Assembly: GCA_050230475.1 (NCBI GenBank)
Contig: JBFLGF010000083.1
Location: forward strand, 1-64,000
Origin: Ancylonema sp.
Lineage: Eukaryota
Direction: 5' to 3'
DNA: 64,000 bases
Within the stretch, counting starts at the first letter, position 1. Each line of letters opens with the position of its first letter. The position numbers and the translations under genes are program-made. Under the pieces are notes generated by a model. It worked only from the letters and a program-made list of their open reading frames with translations. It did no database searches and had not been told where the DNA came from. Shown here piece after piece: positions 1 through 12,925 of this stretch.

Positions 1-2
1 GG

Positions 3-3000
3 GGGGGGGAGGTGGGTAAGCCGGAGGTGGCCCTGTGGGAGGAGCAGTGGGTGGAGGCCAGCAAGAGACTGAGCAAGTGGGAGATGTTGGCCGAGATTGC
101 CACCAAAACGGAGAACCAGGAGCTGCTGCTGGACTGCAGTTGGAGGGTGGGCAACTGGGATCAGGTGGCCTCCCTCCTGCCCACCCTCCCCCCCGAGGAG
201 AGCCTGAAGGGGACCATGGTGGGGGCCATGAGTCTGCTGCACCAGAACACGTCAGAGAGCGTGGAGGAAGCGGGGAGGAAGGTGCGGGAGGGCATGGATA
301 TGTTACTGAAGCAGTGGTGGCAGCTGCCGAGGGCCGGGATGGAGGCCCACCTGCCTCTGTTGCACACGTGTCAGCAGCGGGTGGAGCTGAGGGAGAGCGG
401 GCAGGTGCTGATGGAGATCCCCCGCCCAGGGGCCATGGAGCTGAGGAAACAGGAGTGCTTCCAGGAAATGAGCGACAGTCTGGAGACGTGGAGGTTCCGG
501 ACGCCCTGCATGTGGGACGACGTGGGGGTGTGGGGAGATATTCTGGTGTGGAGGAATGGGGTTTATGACGCGCTCATTGAGGCGTTTGCAGGGTACGCGG
601 ACACCTCCCCCCAGCTGCACCAGTTGGGGTTTAAGGACAAGGCGTGGTCCGTGAACCAGCTGGCGAGGATTGCGCGAAAACACGGCCTGGGGGCGTCCAC
701 GGTGTGCCTGCTCACCAAACTGTACGGATACGGGTGCATGGAGGTGGGGGAGGCCTTCCAGAAGATCAAAGAGCAGGCCAAGGCGTACCTGCAATTCAAC
801 ACGGAGCTTATGACGGGGATGAACCTGGTCAACGGCACGAATCTGGACTACTTTGCGCCCACCAGCAAGGCGCAGATCCTGCGTCTGAAGGGGGACTTTC
901 TTCAGCGTATGGGGGATGGGGAGGGGGCGAACGCGGCGTATTTCACGGCCGTGTCCCTGTTCAGGCACCTGCCGCGCGCGTGGATCAACTGGGGGCACTA
1001 CTGCGATAAGGTATATAGGGAGACCAACGAGCCGCAGTGGGTGGAGTGCGCGACCGCATGCCTGCTGCAGGGGGTGGTGTACGGAAAAGCGAGTGGGAAG
1101 GCCCACGTGGCAAAGATCCTGTACCTGCTGTCATTCGAGAACGCGGAGGGGAGGGTGGGGGTGGCGTTCGAAAAATACGCCCAGGCCATCCCGTATTCTG
1201 TCTGGCTCCCCTGGCTGCCCCAGCTCATGACGTCCCTGGGGAGGCCAGAGGCCGGGGTGGTGAAGCCCCTCATGCAGAGACTGGGGACACAGTTTCCCCA
1301 GGGGATCTACTACTGGCTCAGAAACTTTTTGCTGGAGAGGCGGGAGGTGGTGCAGAGGAACGAGTGGGAGGGAAGGGCGACGGGGGTGGAGGTGGAGGGG
1401 GCTGCCGCTGCCCTGACTGCCTATGAGGCCGCCAGGGAAGTCATGGAGTCCGTGCGCTTAAAACACGCGAACCTGATCCAGGATATAGAGCACACGCTGT
1501 CCGAAATCGCGCAGAAGTTCTCGCCCTACCCAGAGGAGAGGCTGCAGGCTGTGGTGCACGCTCTGCTGCACAGGTGTTACCACACAGCCCTCCCATTCGG
1601 GGACGAGGTTCCCCAGCCCCTGAGAAAGGAGCTGGTGAGTGTGTGCAAGACGTGTTTCGGGGGGGAGAGGGAGGTGAGCGCGCGTCAGGCCGCGTTCTGT
1701 CGTGAGCACAAGGCCGCGTTCGAGAGGGATCTGGACCCGGAGTCCCCCACCTTCCCCTCCACCCTCGCGGACCTCGCGCGCGCACTCAAGGCGTGGGAGG
1801 GGGTGATGGCGGTGAATTCGGAGGAGCGGCTGCCCCAGGTGCTGAAGCTGGAGGAGGAGAGCAGGCATCTGAGGGAGTGGAACGTGATGGACGTGGAGAT
1901 GCCGGGGCAGTACTTTGGGGAAAAGGTAAAGGAAAGAGGGGGGGGGGGAGGAAGGGAGAGAGGCAGGAGAGGGGAGGGTTGGGGGGGGTAGGAATGGGGC
2001 TGGGGAGGTATAGATGGTCTGGGCGGGGGGTGGGGGTATGATTTTGTTTGGAGAAGGTAAACAAGGGGAAGGAGAAAGGAGTGGAGGGGGGGGGAAAGGG
2101 GGGCAGGAAATGGGCGGTAGGATCAGGCGGATAGGTGTATCCGGGTATGCTGACTGACAGGTGTCGTTGACCGGTTGGTCAGGATGTGACGACGGAGAGC
2201 GCGGTGAAGGTGGACCGTTTGAGTGCTGACGTGGCGATCGTCCGTCGCCACAGCATGAGCAACCGCCGCCTCACCGTCCACGGCAGCGACGGGAGCTGCA
2301 AACATTTCGCCATCCACACCTCGCTCAGCCCGACCTCGAAGGGCGACGAGCGCATGATGCAGCTGTTCAGGATCATAAACGGACACCTGGCAAAGCACAA
2401 GGAGTCGAGGAGGAGGAACTTGGCCTTCTGTCCGCCCATCATCGTGCCTGTCTGGCCCCAGGTGCGGCTTGTAGAGGAGGACCCGGCCTACACTAGCCTA
2501 GGGGAGGTGTACGAGATCAGCTGCGCGCGGTACGGGCGGCAGCCCGACCAGCCCATCATGTACTTTCTGGAGAGTCTGAACGACCTGCTGGTGGGGGGGG
2601 CGAGGGAGGAGGTGGTCCTGCAGCGCAGGCTGGGGATCTACAACGAGATCACGGTGCAGGCCCCGAACGTGAACGGCAACCAGGCGGCGCTGCACTACGT
2701 TGCAGAGAGCGTTCTGAGTCAGTTTCTGTACAAAATTCTGAAGACCGCGTCCGCTCTGTGGATGATGAAGAAGCAGCTTGCGGCTCAGATGGCTTTATCG
2801 GCCACCATGTCGTACGTGCTGAAGATGGGGAGCAGGGCCCCCATCCGGACCCTGTTCGCAAAGAACAGTGGGAAGGTGCTGCAGATCGATTTCCACCCCT
2901 CGTACGACGCGGGGGGGATGGTGGATGGGGGGGAGGCAGTCCCTTTCCGTCTCACGCGCAACATCGCCACCTTCTTCTCCCAATGCGGCACAGACGGCCT

Positions 3001-3391
3001 CTGTGTGCCGGCGATGGCTGCAACCGCGCAGGCGCTGGTTGGGCGGGGGGGGGATGCGGGAGGCGTGTTCGAGCAGCAGCTGGCCCTGTACTTCCGCGAC
3101 GAACTCATTTCGTGGGCGGGGAGGGTGGGGGGGGGGTCCGTCCCTTACCCCACGCAAGACCTGAAGGCGAAAGTGGGTCTTAACACGGCAGCGACGAGGC
3201 AGAGGATCAGCGTGCTGGCACCGCAGAGCTACCTGCCGCAGGGGGGGGGGGGGAGGGGGGAGGAGGAGGAGGAGGAGGAGGGGGGGGGGGGGGGGGGGTG
3301 CGTGCATGCAGGGGTGAGTATGCTGGTGGAGGAGGCGATGAAACCTAAGAACTTGTGTCAGATGGACCCCACGTGGCATCCATGGTTCTGA
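3..3391 (+). CDS. TRRAP: TRRAP/Tra1 (PIKK-family pseudokinase of SAGA/NuA4), 3' part: FAT, PI3K-like and FATC domains; 5' end lies upstream of the window
   Basis: ORF 12-1991 has FAT-like motifs (WWQLP, ETWRFRTP, GFKDKAWSVN, WLPWLPQL, EMPGQY). A phase-0 GT-AG intron at 1926-2182 joins it to exon 2183-3391, which has RRLTVHGSDG, DERMMQLFR and VPFRLTRN and ends in the Tra1-type FATC terminus MDPTWHPWF. Confidence 0.95.
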
Positions 3392-3813
3392 GAGGGGACT
3401 GAGAGGGGGGGGGGAGGGATAGGGGTTCAGCAAATTAGTCTTGTCAAAGACTAGGGGCCGCGTGGTAGGAAGGTTGTAGTTTTTTGGGGGGGGGTGGGGG
3501 ACGTTGGGGGTAGGGGAACCGTTAGTTTCGGGGTGTGGAGGTCGTAGGTTCGGTTGCTGTAGGATGCACGCGGGAGACTTTTTTGCGAAGTTATGTGTTG
3601 TTGTACAAAGAAACGGGAATATTTGGGAATAGGTAGCCTTGGGAATAGGTAGCCTTGTGAATGCTGGTCTTCTGGCCACCAACAAAGTGGTTGGAGAAGA
3701 AGTGATGTTGTGTACAAAGCTTGGAGTTTCTGCGCAACGCTTATGTTTTCAAGTATTGTCCACTCCATGTGGTGAGGGGTCCGAGTGTTTTTGTGTTTTG
3801 CGATGGGTGCGAG

Positions 3814-4704
3814 CACAGTTGCACGAACTCTGAACCGTTTCCGAACCGGATCTTAGATGGAACCGGTTCCGGCAAAAGTGGCCGCGGTTCGGAACCGGAG
3901 GATTTGTGATTTTTCCACTTAAACGTCCTTTCACGGAAAAAATCGAAAAATAGTTTTTTAGTGTGTAGCTCGTCATGCTATATCGAGAAAAAATATCAAC
4001 CGAATGATATCCATTGTAAAAAATCTCAAAACGATTTTTCCCATGAGAACACCCTCATGATTTCTGGTGCATTTGTATATGTTGCTCGTTTCTCTACAAA
4101 CTGTGTTTTTTTTATGTATAAGTAGTAAAACGAAAGGGGTATATCTTTGTATAATCACTCCCATTTCCCCCACTCCCATTTCCGTATTATACTTCCGAGT
4201 GAAGATGTTGCGAGAAGATGTTTTTACCCGTAATCTAATTGCACTTGACATATGCTACAACCTTCCATGCATTTTCTCTACCAAATCGTGTTGTCAAAGA
4301 TCTAACACTACTTTATCATGCTCTTCTCCCCTACCTTCCGCATCCCTTGCTTCACCAAAGCCGGATGTGTGTGCCAGGGTGGAAGGTCGGGTGTTGTTTT
4401 CGGCCAATGAATTTCACCACGTCCTGCTATGGCGCGAAAGAAAACAAATTAAAACTTGCTATGGCCGCGCCATATTTTCCCGATTAAATATTCAACAATG
4501 TTTAGCGTCTAGAAGTGACGCGGAGTCACCAACATGAACATGTACAACGATATATTCCCCCCGCGTACATTTTTGGGGAGGGAAAAAAAATCTACCGCGG
4601 GAAGGTAGAAAACCCTATAAAAACGGCCGGTTCGTCTGGTTCCGAAACGGTTCCATCTCGGAACCGGTTCCCAAAAAAAAAAAGTGCCGGTTCGTGCAAT
4701 TATG
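3814..4704. mobile_element. Non-autonomous hAT-type element (GAACCGG subterminal repeats)
   Basis: Imperfect TIR CACAGTTGCACGAAC / GTTCGTGCAATTATG. Perfect 8-bp TSD GGTGCGAG at 3806-3813 and 4705-4712. Confidence 0.85.
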
Positions 4705-5296
4705 GGTGCGAGTGTGCATAGTGGGCATACCTCAAATGCGAACGCACTTTGGCAAAAGCCGATTTTGAGAACACGGAGGCGTAAAACGGACAACGGAAAA
4801 AAGGAAAAACGGAAACGGTAAGCGCTTGTGATGTTGTATACCATAGTGGGTCCCGCTCCGCTCGCGGAATTTGCGAGCCCGACTCCGAGCCGGCTCGCAA
4901 ACAGACAACACCTTCCCAGCGGTCAACATTGCACGTCAGCATTGACGAGCATTTCCCCCTGTTTTACCTTACCCTGAGAGTCTATATTTCAACATTGACC
5001 CTGTCACCATCAAACCCGGTGAGGGCATGGTGACGGAAACCCTCACCGGCATGATACTAGCACCCTCACCTGGCGACCTAGAGCAGGCGATGGGATTTGT
5101 CATCGGCGACACGGTTGGACCTCCTCACGCGCCTCGCATCGCCATCCAACGCCGACAAACTCTTGGACTCGCATTGCACCGCCACGTTTCCCGATGGCTG
5201 AGCGCAGTCTTCATGGCAACCTACACTCCAGGGACAGCGCCTCACCTCAAACATCAAGTACAAACTACTTGACAAATCGAGGGAGAGGGCCAACTA

Positions 5297-5535
5297 CCGT
5301 AGTGGCCACACATAATGACCCTAAGATAATCATGAAAAGGGTGGGTCGGGTCAAATAAAATAATTCAATTTTCAAAGATATTGGGTCATTCTATAGTGTG
5401 GGTCACCATATCATAAATATTTTTCAGGATTTTGGGAAATTTTATATTGGGTGCGTGGGTTGGGTCAAGTGGTGGGTTTTTTAGCTAAATTAATTCGTTA
5501 TTAAAAACCCGGGTCATTATGTATGGCCACTACGG
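5297..5535. mobile_element. Tc1/mariner-type MITE, about 240 bp
   Basis: About 25-bp TIR CCGTAGTGGCCAYACATAATGACCC, flanked by TA. Related copies at 39277-39499 and about 59660-59769. Confidence 0.8.
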
Positions 5536-6396
5536 GTACATCAAAACTTTATCACAAAAAAAAGTAAAAAATCAAACTCAACGATCACAAGTCAACTATC
5601 ACACGCAACCCAAAAGAGACCTAAAAGACAAAAAAAAAAAAAATGTACCTTTGGCACCACTTCACCCTGTTTCATATGCTTTTTGGATATCACCCAGTAT
5701 TTCCTCATCATCGTCCGCATCACCCACACCATCAACCACATCGTCCAAAACAATTTACCCAGTCATCAAGTCTGTCATCACTCATGAAGAGTCCCTCACA
5801 TCAAATTCACCTTCATCAACTGGTTCACGTACCACCGACCTTGCTTACTTTACGGAACTTCCTGGACTTATTTCCGTACCTTCTTCATCATCATCATCTC
5901 GTTCTTCAAGATATGTCATTCAATACTTACCTGATTATGAAAACTATGCGAACTTTCCCATCACAAAACATTCTAAAATTGTCGGTTGTATATTCAAGAA
6001 ATAACAAGCAGACCACTATCAACGCTGCAAGGAATTACGGGAAAGATACACAATCCCTCACCATGAAGACATTTCATTCGTTTTCATAGTGTTACCATAG
6101 TAACCCTCAAGTTTACACTATAACGAAAACAAAATCATAGTCGACAGTTACACATTTTGTGACCACACCCATAGTCGACAGCAACCTCTCACCCCTACAC
6201 CAATATATTACTGGAGGGAACTACAGTTTGGCTTATTTAACGTACCTGGTAGAGTCCGCACAATTGACGAGAGAGTACCAATTCTAAAACAACCTTTCAC
6301 GCCACAAACATGCATCCTTCATTACCTGCGGCAACTAATTCACCTCATGTGTCCTTGTGTCCGACGTAGAGACTCCGACGCAGAGCTTACGTATCC

Positions 6397-6900
6397 GGGG
6401 GGGGGGAGTGAAACCAAATGAGGACTATGAGCGCTGCAACCTTCATTCCTAACACTAGACAAATATAAAGCCTTCATTTTTATTATAAGAGAAAGACGAA
6501 ACTTGTGAAAAAAAATAGAAAGAAATGAAAAATATAAAAAGTTGCAAGTTCAAAATTTTCCAGATTTGTCGATTTTCGTCGTGATAAACGACAATTGTTG
6601 TTATAAAAGATTTGCAACTAGTCAACGTGAGATCTGGTGACTTTGTTACATCCAGTACATCAACAAAAGTATGTGTAGCAATTTTCAGAAGTTGATTCCA
6701 CGTATGCTAGCCTATCGATCAAAGTGATTGATTCCCGTGCGCGCCAAGTCGGTGAGTGAAAATAGCCAGTCAATCGATTTAGCTGAGCTGTCGCACGTGC
6801 TAGTAGAATATCCTAGATTGATAGAACCTTATCTTCCGTCTAACTGATTACTTTACTCTTGTGCATATAAGTACACACAAGTCCGTATGCAGCCAAATGT
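6397..6900 (+). mobile_element. Probable polypurine tract plus start of a decayed LTR (3' end of an LTR retrotransposon remnant); right boundary uncertain
   Basis: A G-run followed by AG at 6397-6408 is directly followed by TG at 6409. Patches at 6530-6600 and 6740-6820 resemble the solo LTR at 11441-12888. Confidence 0.35.
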
Positions 6901-7084
6901 GCTCATAGATATGATTCCCTCGTACAAACGCATGAACCCATTCAGAATGTTTGAATAGAGTCTTATTTGTATGCTAGCTATTTAAGCCTGAATATGTGTG
7001 GGGACTCAGAGGATTGGGGGGGGACTCCATTTGGCAAGTTGTCGTTGTTGTTGGTGATGTTGTTGTGGTTGCGTCATTTTTCTG

Positions 7085-7794
7085 CATAGTAGCATGCGAA
7101 CGGCAAAAATCGGCCCAAACGGCGTTTGCCAAAGGGTCTTGTTCCGGCATACGCCCATACGGCCAAAAATGTGCTTTAAAATATTTTTGCACCTCTCAAA
7201 ATCCTGAATCTGGGCCCGGCCAAGAATGATTGGCTGGGTTTCTCGGATGGAGGCTGGGGGATGGGGGTACGTCATTGACAAGACATGACGTCCCTATGTA
7301 ATTTCCGATGCGGAACTTACTCCGAGGCTTCCCATCTGGATAAGTTAGTGATAGCAACACCAATCAGAAGGCATAGAAGTAGTGATTATGGCTTTATTCA
7401 TAGAAAAGAGGATAATTAATTTAACTCCGTCTAGAGCAAGTGATCTAGTATATGTGTTCACCAACTCTTGGATGATGGCGAAATTTTATGGACCTCAGAA
7501 GTTTGCGGATTGCGTGGATGAGATGGGAGAGGAGTATAGTGAAGTGTGGTGTTATTTTTTTGTAGGGAAAATAAAATGATGATCTCATGGAATATTGGAA
7601 CACGTTTCCCAAGCAAAGCCATATTGTGTTTGAGAAGAAGTTGATATTTAGCCAAAATGATAAGAATGATTCTTGGAAAAAAACATGTGGTGACGAATGC
7701 TGGAAAAAAAGGGATAATTGGAAATAAAACTCAAATTTGTATTTGTAAGATAGAAGCACCGGGAATTGGGGGAGGGGGGGGGGGGACCCAAACC

Positions 7795-7826
<32 letters not shown>

Positions 7827-8124
7827 ACAATATTTAGAATGAGGATCATGTACAAAAAAATAACAAATCATCTAATGATAAAAAAATAAACAAATAAAAA
7901 TAATAATACTACTAATAATAAAAAACGTGTACGGCCGTTTGGCAAACCGCCGTACATTGTACGGACGTTTGGAAAGGCGCGTAGGATGCGCACCTTTCCA
8001 AACGTCCGTACATCCGATGCATTTGGATAGGCGTTTTGTGTTGTGTCCATACGGCTAAAAGGGCCGTTTTGGCGTTCGGACGTTTCGCGTTTGCAAAACG
8101 TGTACGCGTTTCGATGCTACTATG
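7085..8124 (+). mobile_element. Internally deleted hAT element retaining a transposase dimerization-domain remnant
   Basis: TIR CATAGTAGCAT and perfect 8-bp TSD TTTTTCTG (7077-7084, 8125-8132). About 7380-7470 encodes frameshifted YGFIH..K..NLTPSRASDLVYVFTN, resembling the hAT C-terminal dimerization motif. Confidence 0.9.
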
Positions 8125-8604
8125 TTTTTCTGGAGATGAAGGGGACCATAGTCAGCCAATGGAGTCCACCGACATGCATCCTGCACTCGCACCCCTTAAA
8201 GACGTCCGCAAGGTAATGTTGACAACACAATGTGAACGTTTTCTAAAAACACTTCCCTACTAAGCGTGACACCTACAAAACTCATTGATGGAAGATGAAA
8301 TATCTCTCATTTTGGTGATTGCCAAAGCAAGATGTAGTTCCTTAGCTTTCGGAATATTTTATTGAAGAATTATGGCATCTGTCGGACCTTCATTGTTCAA
8401 TCTTCATTGCCTTGTCCTCACTCTGTATTTCTGCCTGGTGACCACAAACAGCTCAATGTGTACGATTTAAGTGGGTGGTCCATGCGTCTTTGTTTGTATT
8501 TGCCATGATACCGACAACCCTGTCTAACACTTTGCCCATATTCTGTATTTACTACATGATGAAGGGGTGGTGGAGAGGGTGAAGGACTTCACCCTCCTCG
8601 GGCA

Positions 8605-9923
8605 GAAATTCGCGACAATTGATTACGAAGAAATGCGTCGTGGTCATGTGGTAAGGCGGCGGTTGTTCACAATAGAGCTCCATCTGTTTGTCATTAACAC
8701 AGCTTCAAATTTAAGGTGTCTTTTTAGGTTCGACTCTGCAGGTAGGCGCTGTTGATGAAGAACTTACGATCTACATTCTTACATATAACCATATTCAAAT
8801 TTGAATCTCACCCCAAACCCCTTCTACAAGAGCACATCTCGTCGTTCGTTTCTGATCGCTGGATTGTGCTTCATACAGGCACAGGAAGCGTTGGATGCTT
8901 CGAAGAGGTCCCTCATGGTCAACATAAAACGATGGGCTTTCCAAGGTCGGTCCTTCGGGACTAAATATTGTATGGGTTTGCATGGTTTCTGCTCATAGTA
9001 ACAAGGCATTTTTGTTTGGGATTGGTGCAACACGAGGCGTACCAATTGTTAAGGTGAAGTGACTCCCTCTAACGCCTTACAAAGGTGAAGAAGCAGGTTA
9101 TCATCAAGATTATGCCCTAATATTCCAAGAAAAGCATGAGTTGACAATTGTCTGTCTGTTACGAATCTTAGTGCCACTCGTAGGCACATGGATAGAGGGG
9201 GTGAGTATGGAAGGTGATACGTCTACATGTTACGACCGTCGCCGGACTGTACTTTCAACGACTTCACAACCGGGCCATAAAAGGCACAATGTCTAAGATG
9301 GGACTTGGACAGCACAGATACAATATATACCGAGATGCCGCTCCCTGACACTTTCCCCCCCGCAAGGGATTCTTGGACATTCTGTTACGACCGTCGCCGG
9401 ACTGTACTTTCAACGACTTCACAACCGGGCCATAAAAGGCACAATGTCCAAGATGGGACTTGGACAGCACAGATACAATATATACCGAGATGCCGCTCCC
9501 TGACATACATGTATGCAACAAACAAAATCACAAGTGGATAATGTATGGCGATAAGTGACTTTTATGTCTTTCGAGTGAATTCATTTGTGTTTACACATAT
9601 ACATGTAGAACACGTGAAGAACGAGGAAATGGATGAATTGCAGATTTCCCCACCAATCATACAACGTGGTAAGGCACCAACATGTGCACGACTTGCAGCT
9701 AAAGCATTTCGTTTATAGATCCCTTATTTTTTCTCGACCAACTAGCTTGAAATCAGACATGTAGTGCAAGGATACATAATATTTGTACATCTTAATTGCA
9801 CGAGCAAGCGCAGTATGGTGGAAACGTTGACATGGAACCTGAGGTCAGGGTTATTTTCGTTATAGGGCAGTGTTCCCTTTCACCTCCTGCAAATCTTTCA
9901 ATATACTCATAATGACTCCATCC
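8605..9923 (-). repeat. Left arm of a long diverged inverted repeat abutting the (TA)n tract
   Basis: Its reverse complement aligns by eye with 10434-11440 plus 12893-12925. Both arms end in GGATGGAGTCA next to the TA tract. Confidence 0.85.
9228..9505 (-). mobile_element. Miniature LTR retroelement (TRIM-like), 278 bp
   Basis: Two 123-bp TG...CA direct repeats (9228-9350, 9383-9505) with one mismatch seen, and a 32-bp internal region. Minus-strand PPT GGGGGGGAAAG abuts the 3' LTR. 4-bp TSD TACA. The homologous site in the right inverted-repeat arm (about 10840-10860) is empty. Confidence 0.9.
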
Positions 9924-10427
<504 letters not shown>

Positions 10428-10433
10428 CATATA

Positions 10434-12925
10434 GGATGGAGTCAATATAAGTATATTGAAAGATTTGCATGAGGTGAAAGGGTACACTGCCTTATAATGA
10501 AAATTACCCTTACCTCACGTTTCATGTCAACGTCTCCACCACCCTACCCTTGCTCCTGCAATTCACATATACAAATGCTATGTGTCCCCTTACTACACGT
10601 CTGATTTCAAGCTACTTGGTCAAAAACAAAAAACGATCTATAAACGAAATAGTAAAATTGCAATTCATGCACATGTTGGTGCCTTATCACTTTGTATGAT
10701 TGGTGGGGAGTTTTGCATTTCATTCACTTACTCATTTTTCACGTGTTCTACATATATATATGTGTAAACAAAAATGCATTCACTCTAAAGACATAGAAGT
10801 TTTTTATCGCCATACATTATCCACTTGTGATTGTAAATGCTGCATACATATAGACGTATCACCTTCCATACTCTCCTCCTCAATCCATTTGCCAACGAGT
10901 GGCTTTAAGATTTGTAACAGAGAGACAGTTTTCAACTCATCCTCTTCATAGAATGAATATCAAGGCGTAGTCTTGATGATACCCTGCTTAGCCACTTTTG
11001 TTAGACCTTTGAGGGACTTTGGTATGCCTCGTGCTGCACCACTCCCCAACAAAGATGCTCATTTACTATGAGCAAAAACCATGCACTCCCATACAACACA
11101 CAGTCCTCAGAAACCGACCTGGAAAAGCCCATCGTTTTATGTAAACCTTTTTGAATCTCTTTAAAGCATCCAACGCTTTTTGAGCCCGGATGAAGCAGAA
11201 TCGAGGGATCAGAAACGAACGACGTGATGTGCTCTCGCAGAAGGGGTTTGGGGTGAGATTCAAACCTGAATATGGTTATATATAACAACATAGACCGTAA
11301 GTTCTTCATCAACACTGCCTACTTGTAGAGTTGGGAAATATCGAGCCCAAAAAGGCACCTTAAACTTGAACCTCTTTTAATGACAAACAAATGGATATCT
11401 GTTGTGAACAACCGCCCCCTTACAACATAAACACGACGGATGTCATGCCGCTAGAGATCGTTATAAAGTTAAGTCTTTTTAATTGTCGATCCGCTTGAAA
11501 AATAGCAATTTTGGTCATTGTCGATTTTTAGTCGTTATATTGAACTCTGTCGTTATATGAGTTTCAATCAGTCAGACGTTTGATTTTATAATTTTGTTAC
11601 ACTCAGTCAATCTAGAAAAGTCGGTGTACCACTTTTTAGATTTTAATTCGGGGTATTTTGTCGTATCGACGAGTTAGAAATTTCCCAGTGCGCGCCGAGC
11701 TTTATCTCAGTCAGCCAGCCTGGCGTTTGAACCGCCGCACGTGTTAAATCTAGAACTCTAGAATAGACAGTCAAGATTAGCTGTCTAGTCGATATTTGTT
11801 TTCTACCTTAGATCAAGATAAGATATAGATTACCGCGCGTGTGAAACGGCGCGTCGATTGTACTAAAGCCTAAGTCGCATAAGTCGCTGTCAGTTTACGC
11901 TGTCTGAATTTCAACAACTATTTGCAATCGCCATCTTTGCAATCTCTGTGAATTCGTGTAATCTGCAATCGTATTCGTGTATTCTGCAATCGTCAAAAAT
12001 CGTTATCAAGTGTGCCGTTTCGCCTTTGATATTCTCTGTGAATTTCTGCAAACTTCGCGTCGCTCCATCCAGCCGTAAGTTCTGCGAAATTGCCTGTTTG
12101 CTTGTCCGTGCTGTCGCATCTCAAGTAGTACAAAAAGCCGTGTGCCGTTTTGCATACGCATCGTGTGAAATTCTGTTGTAGTCAGAATTATCGTCACCCT
12201 TGCAAAATCGTGACCCTTGCAAGTCGTTGATCGTCAACCGTTTTGTTGACGTCATAAATCGTTACAATTAGCTGCACCGTTTCGTGCGAGCTCAGTCAGA
12301 CAATTCACCCTTTGAATTGCCTGCACCCGGTCCTGTCTTTCAGTGAATCGTTTTATTCACGACAACGTTTGATTCTCGAAACCAATAGTGAGTGTGCATC
12401 CCGACGCAACCAACTATCATCCATTCTGCACCCTTGTAGAAATTCTATAACTATTTGCCTTGCGTTCTCTTTATTCGTAGCTGTCACATGTTGTGAAGTA
12501 CGATAACCTGCAACGTCTGATTGACCTTAGTGTTGTTTCTAGACCTCCCACCACTAAGCGCTGAGTGCATCTCAGCTTTCGGCGAGTAGTAGCTACGGCA
12601 AACTTCGTTGATAAGTCACATACCTTGCTTGAATTACATTCTTGTGTGGTTAGTAGGGATTCAACCTACACCAATCTACTCTAGTGAGATCGAGAAGATG
12701 ACCAAAGGCCCAATCCTGATGTTGCTCATCCAGACAAGCAGCCAAGTCATCAACCGACATCCGTCATTTTCATCGACGCAGAAAATTATAAAAAGTCAAG
12801 TTTTGCAGATTTTTCCAAAATCTGTCGATTTCTTTGTTTTTGAGAGATTATGTCGACAGGTTGTCTGTCGACTCCATCTGGCACGTCACGGATTCATTTG
12901 CAATGAGTTGTCAACGAATTCTCTC
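10434..12925 (+). repeat. Right arm of the long inverted repeat, interrupted by a solo LTR
   Basis: Homology to the reverse complement of 8605-9923 runs to 11440 and resumes briefly after 12892. Confidence 0.8.
11441..12888. mobile_element. Solo LTR, about 1.45 kb
   Basis: Ends are TGTCATGCC ... GGCACGTCA (TG..CA with imperfect inverted termini). 4-bp TSD CGGA at 11437-11440 and 12889-12892. Removing it restores collinearity with the left arm. Confidence 0.75.

Noticed and set aside
35..3685. Many overlapping alternative-frame and antisense ORFs over TRRAP
   Set aside because: Expected shadows of GC-rich coding sequence; no recognisable domains.
5519..6089. Ser-rich ORFs possibly encoding a chromodomain upstream of the PPT at 6397
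   Set aside because: The aromatic-cage pattern is not convincing; left as an unassigned retroelement-like region.
9228..9505. Simple tandem duplication as the explanation of the 123-bp repeats
   Set aside because: TG..CA ends, a PPT, a TSD and an empty homologous site argue for an LTR element.
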